Source of the DNA: Catajapyx aquilonaris
Taxonomy: Eukaryota
Direction of reading: 5' to 3'
NCBI GenBank assembly: GCA_000934665.2
Contig: KZ538751.1
Span: 1 to 49,932 of the forward strand
Length of the DNA stretch: 49,932 nucleotides
In this document: positions 36,456 to 46,100 of the stretch, in pieces
How the letters are laid out: the number at the start of each line of letters is the position of its first letter
Position numbering within the stretch: the first letter of the stretch is position 1
Made by a program: the position numbers and the translations under genes
Notes under the pieces: generated by a model
Databases searched by the model: none
What the model saw: only the letters and a program-made list of their open reading frames with translations
What the model was told of the DNA's origin: nothing

Positions 36456-39400
36456 AATTTCACAATCATGAAGTTGAGGGAAAGTCACTAGTGTCACCTG
36501 CAAAGTCAAAAACTAGTCGCAGAAGCATTTTGCAGTGCACAGGTTTTATTATACTTTCTGTGTACCATATGAAACTTGGCCATAAAATGGCATGTGAATG
36601 ATGCCGATAATGTTTTGAAGTAGACATTTTTTCTGGCTGATGTTCTGGATCGTAGGTCAGAAAGTTTTAACTCTAGTCGGACAAGGGGCTGTGTAACGTA
36701 GTAAAAGAGGCCCGCCATGTAATAGTGCACCACATCATATATACCTTTGGTTGGAATGCTATTGACACAGTTTGATGATGCAAGGAATCATGTGCGGGAC
36801 AAGCCTCTCTAGCAGGAGTAAAGAGCAAGAACAGCGGCGCTGCTTTGCATTGAGCTTGAAATTAATGAACATGGGTGCTGGGGGAGAGAGGGGAGGGAGG
36901 AGAGAGTCTTTTTGCTTTGGCACTGACAGGGGCAAAGAGCAGGTGACGTGTGTGAGCCAGGGAGGTAAGTGAGGTAAGGTGGTGGCACATGTGAGTTTCC
37001 CAAGGTATACAGAATCCAGTGTGGACAGAGTTGCTTCTCGGACCAAATTTCATCCGTTCTTTAGATAGATAAAAAAAATATACAAGCACAGATTCCGGTT
37101 CTTTGATCGAATCCGCAAGGATATCAATTGACAGTCGAGTCGCCTTAAGAGAAAGAGCAAAATGAAAAGAGAAGGCATGAAAAAGTGGAGCAGTCCTTGT
37201 CGGTGACCATTTTTGAAGTTGTAGCATTATTTTCAACTTCTTCCAAAGTGCAGTTGCTGATATTTTGCTTTCATTGTCCTCTTCTGCTGTCCAGTTTGGG
37301 TTACAAGGTTGAACTGTAGCATAGCTTGCTTCTTAAAGTATATACCAGTGTTGTATACAGTGCTGTACACCTTGGGATGTGTAATGTAATGTCTAATCTT
37401 TGCTGATTTTTTGTATGTAAATCAGCAGCACAATAATAATGCTTAAAAGTGCATGATAATTGTTTTATTAATCCTTCTCTCTTCAAGATTCTCTCTCCTA
37501 AAACCCTGTATTGAGTTCTGGACTTTTTTTGAGTTTCGCCAGTGTTTTTTTTTTACAAATTGTTTTTTCGGTTCCTTTTGACTTGCATTTTGTGCGTGCG
37601 CCTGTGCCAGAGGTAAGCAACTTCCAGATGTCTACTAACCCTCTATTAGCTTTGGCCATAGGCACTGGTAGCTTCTGCCGCAGTGGAGTAGAAACAAAAG
37701 AATCTTGCACACCTTTTGACCTGATGGTTGGGATGGGATGGTTGTTGCCGGCTATTCAAGCTTGTTGCTTACTAGGGAGAGGGCAGCGAAAACCATGGGA
37801 CACGGTCCGCTCTGTACCGACATGTGCGGGACAAGGTCCGACACCATGTGTGTGTGCGTGTGGGTGTGAGTGCGTGCGATATGCATTGCAGGTCTGCTGT
37901 GTCATTTCAACAGGGCTGCTTTTTTTCACCTGGTGTGCATGGCCTCCAACACTTGCCTTTAGAGCCCTTGCAGCTTCTATTGTCTTAAGTGCTGCTGTTG
38001 AAATGAATCAGTGACCTGCCAGTTACATTTGGAAACTAAGTGGGGGTGCAATCACCTGACGAGAGAAACTCTAAAAACCAGCTTCACTCTACCTACCGCC
38101 AGCAGCATATCAGAATAGTAGCAGAAATGTCGTCCTGGAGCGACAGTAATTGTGCAAGATCATTGTGATAGACTGTGTATAATAGTGACGCTTACTTGTC
38201 GCGTGCGAATGCAGATGGTGCGTGTGTAAATGTGACTACAGATGTACACGTTTACTTTACAGTAGGTGTGCATTCCTACATCGACCCGAGGCATCCTGGT
38301 GTCAACTGGGTGGATTCATAACAGGGAACTAAATACATCTCACCAGGAGAAATTATAAGCGCAAGATGCCAACGGCTCGGAGAACAGGCTCGAGCAGCGG
38401 AGGAAAATGAAAAGAACTCTTTTTTCCAAATTTTTTGTGTTTTTAGTGTGGTGTGATATTTAGGAAAAGAAAAAAATAATGTTGATTCGTTTCTTTTGGA
38501 CAATGAAGAAGTCAATTATATAACGTCTTGTATCTCATTCAAGTGGCTTACCTCTCCAAGTATTTGAATCTTGCGGAAATGTTTTCTTTTTTTTTCTTCT
38601 TCGTCGTGGACTCCTTACTGGTCACGTAGGAATGCACAGTAGCTTATAAGAAGAAGACATTAGTGAAATCAGTGCACTTGTCCCATGGTTTCATGTCCTT
38701 TTCCGGAGAGCATATAAAATCTGGAGTAACGTAGTGTGGGAACCACTGGATGGCTAGAGGCACTAGCAAATGGCATTTGATTTATTCTCGTTAGGTCAGG
38801 TTTTTTTGCCCGGTTCTGTTGCATGTTGCAAACAGAACGTTGGTTGGTAGAACAATTTGTTGTTCCTAAAAGTGCAAGAGACAAAGGGGGAGTAGCCAGT
38901 ATAAAAGATATAATACAATATGATGTCAAGTGTTGTTTGTCATGGTTGAGTTACATCAATTTTTACATCAGTGCTTGGCCCTGAACTTAGAAAATCTAAT
39001 ATTAGAAATTCATGTCCAAGAACTCACGGGTCAGGGGCATTGGTGGTAAGTATTGGTCTCTGTGAAAAATATATGCAAAAAGTGATGTTAATGACGTTAT
39101 GAAAAATGGAATAAAAAAAGAAGCCAAATCAGCAACAATCAAATGGACGGCATACAAGTTTGCTTTCCTCATCCAGGCAAAAGGCGCACAGGTGCACATC
39201 TCAATTATTACGACTACAGTTTTGCGAAGTGTTTCCGTTAGTTTTCATAGTTTAGCACATCTCTGCTTATTCTGAGTATGTTGGCTTGAAGCTATTTATT
39301 TATTTATTTTGGTTTCTTTGGCACCTTTTTTTCCAGTACAAGCCCATGTTTTTGACCACCCAAACGCTGGTTATCCATTCATGTATTAGTGAAGCTGTCA

Positions 39401-39496
39401 CGTGGAAGGTACACCACAGATGGTTATGTTCCCCAAACAACACATTTTTTGCCCCAGGTGCTTTCATAACCTCATTTTAACAGCGACGACTTCAAG

Positions 39497-40251
39497 ATTT
39501 GTTGTTTTGCGCACGTTGTATAATGATTTTCTCATTTTGTTTCGTCTCTTCCTTTTTATGCTTTTCTGGCGATGTTTGGCTGTTGACTCTGCACCTTCCC
39601 CAATTCCTGGCTTCCTGAACATCCTCTGCCATCTCATTCCAACCGCACGTCATGCTGCGGACACCTGCCCTCACCACCATCCGGATGTCCTGATGTTTCG
39701 TTCTGGACGACTCCCAATCCCAATCCTCACGAATGGCTTGGAAAATTACCTCATTCAACCATGGTCATCCTCTCCACATACACCCAAAAAAACCAAATTG
39801 CAATGCGGTGATGGTAATGTGTTAACACACTTTTCCTATCTGCCAAACTCTGGTGTCTGTTCAACATGGGCAATACTTTTTGGCCCTTTTTTTACCCCAC
39901 TCATCTCCCTCGTATCGCAATATGTTTGCGTGGCCCTTGGAATCAACACTCGGCTGCAATGCAAACACACTAACACCCTCTCTGTACATTTTTTGTTGTT
40001 GTCTGGGTTGCAAAATATGCTGGGGTTCTGGGGGGTATGGTCACCTTTTTGAAAACAAAATAATAATGGGGAGAAAAATGGCAAAACAAATCCTGTTGCG
40101 GTTTGGGTGGATGTCCAATACTCTGCTCTGCTGCGTTGGCACGGACTACCCCCACTTCGACCTTCCTGGCCTGGCCTGTTGCACTCGGTGTGACCCTTGT
40201 GCGCGCCGGAATGACCTGCTGCTTGGCTGCTACTGCATGGTGGGACGGTAG
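39497..40251 (+). promoter_or_regulatory. Very long AG-exclusion zone with candidate distant branch point and YGCY cluster
   Basis: No AG in 39497-40071, one GAG at 40071-40073, none in 40074-40249, then TAG at 40249-40251. CACTAAC at 39968-39974. YGCY at 40124, 40129, 40204, 40217, 40220 and 40228. Confidence 0.75.
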
Positions 40252-40310
40252 CCTTGCACGCAGTGCCCAGTAATGTGCATAGTGTTGTCTACACTGATGA
40301 AAATGGACAG
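40252..40310 (+). CDS. mbl: Muscleblind 59-nt frame-switching cassette exon
   Basis: tag|CCTTG...GGACAG|gtagac, phase 1 in and phase 0 out. Translates (S)LHAVPSNVHSVVYTDENGQ and joins the KRPA exon in frame to LLDTLPVCQDF. An in-frame alternative acceptor gives a start at 40264. Confidence 0.85.
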
Positions 40311-41264
40311 GTAGACCCTCTCCTTTTTTCTATAGTTACTCTTGTTAGAGTGTGTTCATGGTGAGTGTTTTTTACCATTTTGAAAGGGGCTGGCAGGGAC
40401 GGGAGATGCCGGGGGTCGAACAGTTTTTTTTTTGGTCTGTATTATGCAAGTTGCTTGAAAATGAGAATTCTGTTTCTGATTGTGTCTAACGCACCACCAA
40501 GAATGTTGTTTGCATTGCAGCAACCGAATTTACATTTTCATGCGACTGACTGGCATCATTTTTCTAAAGCATACCAGGATGGCCCCTCTCCACCTCCCCT
40601 CCTCTGCACCCACATTCTTGTAGCCTTGTTGTACACTTATTGTAGTGGCAAATTACCTCAATTTTTTTTTATTCTTACATAATGCACGACTTGTTATTAC
40701 TGCCGTATTAATCTGGATTTTCGCTTTGAACAAGAGAGCGTTCTTTGCAAGGATGTCATTGTTGGGTTAAATTTTTTATTTTTTTTGCCGCTTCTAACCA
40801 ACACTTTTTTTTCTCAATTGACAAGCTTTTTGCATTTTCCTGAAGCCACAAGGCCTGCCCATTCCACACGTCACTTAGGTGTCCTCTTCCTGCCGTTGCA
40901 GGTGGTAAGGGAGAAGGTTTTAATTTTTTGCCGATTGCTGGATGGAGCGTGACAATCCTTCCCATTCTCTTTCTTCCCTCCTCTGTTCAGAAAAAGAAAC
41001 GCGTCGGACATTGTTCTTTTTACGAAGATAAATTTTCTCATTATGCAGAACATGAAATACGTTTTTTGAATGACAGAATCGCCCGGGCCTTGGAGTTTGT
41101 TACATATTATTGTTATTTATATTTTTGTTCCTGTTGTAAGTGTCATACCGGTTCTTTGCGGAATTGCCATGACACTGTAGTTTGTTAAAAGATGCAGAGC
41201 AAGACTTGTTTGTTGGGGGGATGTATGCGTAAAAAGAAATGACAGCGCTTTTCTCTTTCCATAG

Positions 41265-41349
41265 TTGCTGGACACCCTCCCGGTGTGCCAAGATTTTAAG
41301 CGCAGTCAGTGCCGATGCCCATCCTGCAAGTACGTGCATCTGCTCGAAG
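41265..41349 (+). CDS. mbl: Dual-frame Muscleblind exon: ZnF5 (phase-0 entry) or FAGHPPGVPRF* terminus (phase-1 entry, stop 41297-41299)
   Basis: ttttctctttccatag|TTG...GAAG|gtacaa, 85 nt. One frame reads LLDTLPVCQDFKRSQCRCPSCKYVHLLE (CX7CX4CX3H). The other reads T+TT GCT GGA CAC CCT CCC GGT GTG CCA AGA TTT TAA. Confidence 0.92.
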
Positions 41350-41561
41350 GTACAAAACCTAGCCGAGATGAGGGGGGGAAAGAGAGGGAGCTATACTGTG
41401 TAGTAGAGAGAAAGAGAGGAGAGGGCTTTTTCAGGGTGGGGGAGTGGGAATAGTGAGAGTCCAGTCTTTTCCTGCCTAATTGTTGTTGTTGAGATACAAG
41501 TCCATGACTTTTCCACTACTATTCCAGTTTTCTTTTCTTTTCTCCCCATGGCCCTTGGCAG

Positions 41562-41968
41562 ATCACAAGGAGGTGGTGGACAGCAAGGTGACAGTGTGTC
41601 GTGATGCAGAGAAAGGGCAGTGCTTTCGTCCCCTGTGCAAGTACTACCACATCCCCATACCTTTGCCCCCTGCTGGCGACATGGCCCCCCACCACCACCA
41701 CCATCACCACCATCACCTGGCCTCGACTGGAAGCAGCACCATTGCCGTCAGCACCAACAACACTACGACCACCACAGCGGCCGCCTTCTATCCGGACGGT
41801 TGGGGGGCCTGGGTGCCTATGGACGCCATAGTCCCCTGTGCGGGTGGCTGGATCGGAGCTGCCCCTGCTCATTCTATGATGGATGCCACTATGCAGGGAG
41901 AGTTGCATGCAGCATCTGCTGAGGATGGGTTCCGGGTGCTGGCTCCAGTGCTGGCTGGAACAGGCTGA
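41562..41968 (+). CDS. mbl: Muscleblind terminal exon: ZnF6 and poly-His tail
   Basis: cag|ATCAC, phase-1 entry matching the donor after 41349. Translates DHKEVVDSKVTVCRDAEKGQCFRPLCKYYHIPIPLPPAGDMAPHHHHHHHHHL...AGTG* (CX7CX4CX3H). Confidence 0.9.
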
Positions 41969-43153
41969 TTCAGCCACGCCACCAGGTCCGGCGGCAGGTC
42001 TCAAAAGCAAGGCGCGAGAATTATGGGGAATTATTACATTACGTCTGCAGGTTTGAAAGAGGACTCATGATCAAGGCAGCCATGTCCCTGCACACTTCAC
42101 AACATGGTCTATGCATATAACTATAGACTTAAATGTCCTTCCCTCCTTCTGATTTTAGTAGGCATGGAATTTATTTTCCAATACTCATTTTAACCAGCAA
42201 AACTTTCCATGTCTGTGGCCATGATATTATTTGCATTGACCAAAATTACAACCTTTCCTTCCCCCCCAAGTTTTCCAGTATTTTGCTGCACTAGGTTTTT
42301 TTTTTAATGTTGGTCATTTTGTCATATATTTAGAACACGAGGCCACAATCCAGCAGCATTGTTGACAAGGGTGCAAGTGTGTTTTTTAAAAATTTGTTTA
42401 GTTCTGGGTTTTGCCAATTGACATGACTGTGTGCAGGGTTATCAAGACATCATGGCCCGAATGAAGGACCAGGATGAAGCTGTGAGTCTGTGCAAGTGTG
42501 TTCATGTTGCCACCGGGAGTGACAGTGCAAGATTTTTTCCGAGAGAGATTTTTTCCAACGTGGTCCATTTGTTTTGATTACCGTTGCTATTATAATTATT
42601 ATAACGATGATTATTATTTACTTGAGGTTACATGAAACGAAGCCTTCCTTCCAAAACAAATTTAAGGGAGAGAAAAAAAAATAATGAAGAAGCAACATGG
42701 CTCTGGGTATGGTAGGGAGTAGCTCAGAATCGTAGGTGTTTGCTGTGGTTCAGAAGAGACCAACAAGAGAGTTGTACCGACCAGTAGGGTCCCCAGTAAA
42801 TCCCCCCAGTGAGAACAATGTTTTAACAAAGCAAAAATGAGCCAAGTTGTAAAAAAAAATTGTGTTAGGACATGTGGTGTGTAGCATACATCCGTTTAGC
42901 CTGTTTGACTGAATTAACGCTGCACTAACTGTCCAGAGTTTGCAGAAGGAAGGAGTTTGTTGGGGTCCGGTTCGGAAGGGGAATATTAAAAGTGAGCCAA
43001 GTCAAGTCGTGTGAGTCACAGGCGCTTCGGAGGGGGGTGAGGTGGCCCGCAGATGACAGATCCACCCACCGTTGCCACTCTAGCTCATTCTCTGTCCCCC
43101 CCTGTCTATTGTTGTTGTCATTGTTGTAGCCTCTTCCTCAGGCTTGTACACAT

Positions 43154-43196
43154 TAAGAAACGAATAAATGAAAGTAAGAAACGAATAAATTGAAAG
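43154..43196 (+). repeat. Tandem 21/22-nt duplication containing two AATAAA signals (candidate polyA site of distal isoforms)
   Basis: taagaaacgaataaatgaaag followed by taagaaacgaataaattgaaag. AATAAA at 43163 and 43184. Confidence 0.55.
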
Positions 43197-46100
43197 TAAA
43201 TCAGGGATGCTTCCCAGGACTAAAACTCTGAGTCCGCATCCAGGAATACTCATGTGCAATGCATTGAATGCACCTGCCCATAAAGCACCTTATATGTGGA
43301 GAGAAATTGAATTGTAAATTTTTCAAAGTAACTTACAAACTTGTACAAGAAACACAAGATTGTCCATTATTCGGTCCAAGGAAATAGAAAGGATAAGTTT
43401 TAACCATTCCGCATCCCTATATTTCTTTCTATCCATAATAGTACGCCATTATGTGCAGAAGGGTCTTGCATGTGCGTTTTCTTGGGCATGGATACGCAGG
43501 GTTTAACTTTGCAAAAGAACAAACTATGCAATACATTGGTAAAGGCAACGGTGGAGTGTGCCACTCACTGCCCTCTGGCAGAAGCGCAAGTGACTTGGGT
43601 GCCGATCGGTTCTAGTCAAACGAGTGAAGAGGGCGGCCAGGTTTTTTTGTTTTTTATTCCTTCTCTCTCCCTGGCGCGTTCCTTCCCTAGAGGCTGTGAG
43701 CACTGTCCCGGAACGTGTTTATTATTAATAATATTATTACTATTATTAGTATAATTTTTTGCGGCTACTCTCGTCTTCATTGAAGGTGCGAAGGGGGTGA
43801 GGGTGCCTTGGACAGCATGAAACTGATGTTTCCCCCACTTCCTTGCTTCCTCCCTCTGGGTTACTCCCTACTCCTGCTACACTCCAAGCACATAATAATT
43901 ATGCAACTATGGAAAAGCTATTTAGGCAGGAGAGGAGTCACGCATGGGAAGAGGAGTCAGCAGAGGGAAGGCAGGAGGAGGTGGGGGGGAAATCGAAGGA
44001 ATCCAGTCCGAAGCACTCCCGCTGCCCAAGGAGTATCCAGTGATAAAAATATCCCTTGTATTGACATGAAGTGCCACAATCGTTTTTTATGTGTACATTT
44101 AAACGTGAAAAAAATGAATGTTCCTGTACAGCATTTAAGAATCAAAGATAGGTCAGGGCTTAGGGTACCACACTTTTTGCCGGCTTACTTGCAGAAGCAT
44201 TTTGTTTGACTGCCCGCTTTGATCATTCTGCTGTCTCGTCGTCGTCATTGGTTTTCTGGTCAGCAGGTGTTGCAACCTGTGTCGCACACAAGACACTTGC
44301 AGGCCAGAACCATTGCAAATGGGCGTCGACATTAAGGGGGCCTCTGTTGCCCATCAGGTTACATTGATAGCCGTCATATTATGCATGCATTATTATGCAG
44401 TAGGGACATTTTAGCTCTCCACATGCCCCCCTCCCCGTGCTTATCCCATCCCCTCTACCCGTAACACCCTGCCATCTAGTTAATTCCTTCCGTTTGCTTC
44501 CCTTGTTCCCTCATTTGACTTTGAATATTTTTTGTTTCCATTTGAAGTGGAGTTGAACGTGTAAAACGAATCTATCAAATGTCTATTTTGAAAGTTCCTG
44601 TGCAGATTGGCTTTGTTGGTGTATATATATGTGAAAAAAATTTGATGATCACTTGTACATATTATATCAGATGTTCCCACCTAAAATCATGTATAATAGT
44701 TTTTACTATTTTGTTAATTTTATTCAGAGTTGTAAATGGTATACATGATCCAGATTGACGGGTTTGGAGGACTGGAGCATGTGTGAGACAGGCAGACTCG
44801 TAACCCTAGCACTATGATAAACCTTTTAATGCCAACCAACCTTGAGATGGGGGAGCTTCCAGAAACATTGACAGGGTCCGTGGGGTTTGGCTTTTACAGC
44901 ATGTGGGTGCTGTTTGACTGGGGGCTTAAGACGGCTTGCAAAAGGACGGAGCAAAATAAGAGGCTTGTTGTTGCTAGGGAAGATTTAAAAGCTCATTTAG
45001 TTCCTTTTCAAATTTGATGCTTTCTTTTGGGGCAGCACAAATTGAAGGGTTGTATTGATCACAACCAGCAGCACCATACATTTGGAAGTGAAGTGATCTG
45101 GCAAGTGAGCTTGGGGATCTGTAAAATACTTGTAGTGACCAGGCAGATTACATTGTTGTTGCAAGGGTGTAATGGTGCAAATGAGAAAAGTGAATTTCGA
45201 ATTGCATAATTTCGAAATACTGATACCAACAGAGCTAATACGATGATTACAGAATGTGACATCCCTCCAAGCAGGATAACGCTTAGGAAACCTCATCAAT
45301 TTTCAGTCAGTTTGTCATTGACTCAAAATATTATTCCATCCACCAGTGATAGGAAACCCTGCATTTTTTTGTCGTCTGGTGGCCATTTGAAAATTTGAAT
45401 ATTGCTCGGTTGATTGCCAAGATTTTAAAATGCAACATTTCACTTTCCTCATTGACACTTATTATGCATCCTTTCAAAGAAAAATAAGTGCTCTACAGAT
45501 TCTCTCACTCACTTGCAGGCTGCTTAATCTTATTGTGGCTGAATTAGAGGCTTCAAACATTTTTGGGTGCATTAAAAGGCCAAATAATTATCTGCGTTGA
45601 CCCCCCCTCACTTTTGGTCCCCCAAATACATCCCTCTCCCATCCCCACCCTTTACGCCAGCGACAGATACCAGTAACCCTTTTGCCGTAACCCTGCCCGA
45701 ACCAAGAGAGCTTGTTGAAAGCAAAAGCAACAAAGCAGATCCATTCTTGTGGACAGGTCAGTTCCCTCCACCCATGCCCATCCATTAATAGTTTTGCAGT
45801 TACTATCCATAGCCATTAGAGTGTAGGTCTTCAAAGTCACATAGGTACAAACTCGTCAAGCACCCAGGAAATTTCCCATGGAAAAATGAATCAAATGATA
45901 ATGGCAGTACATTTTCACAGGTAGATTTTCATGCACTTTAGGCAATGGAAAAATTGACCATGGATTTTCGCGTAGTTTTAGTAGTGACGAGTTTCAGGCG
46001 AGTAGAGAACATAGATACTACGATGAGGGAGCTCTGGCCGCGTTGGTGGCCTGGCACCTTGAACACCCCTCCCACTCCCCCAATCCCTCCTCTAACAACA

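Noticed and set aside
36789..37835. Exact 15-mer CATGTGCGGGACAAG at 36789 and 37821
   Set aside because: About one such match is expected by chance in 50 kb, and I found no complementary docking site.
39402..40251. ORFs of 216 aa (39402-40052) and 132 aa (39853-40251)
   Set aside because: No protein-like features. Their length is favoured by the AG depletion, which removes TAG stops.
41297..41349. Stop of the short isoform lies 50 nt before the next exon junction (possible NMD)
   Set aside because: Borderline for the 50-55-nt rule, whose applicability in arthropods is uncertain. The peptide looks like a genuine C-terminus.
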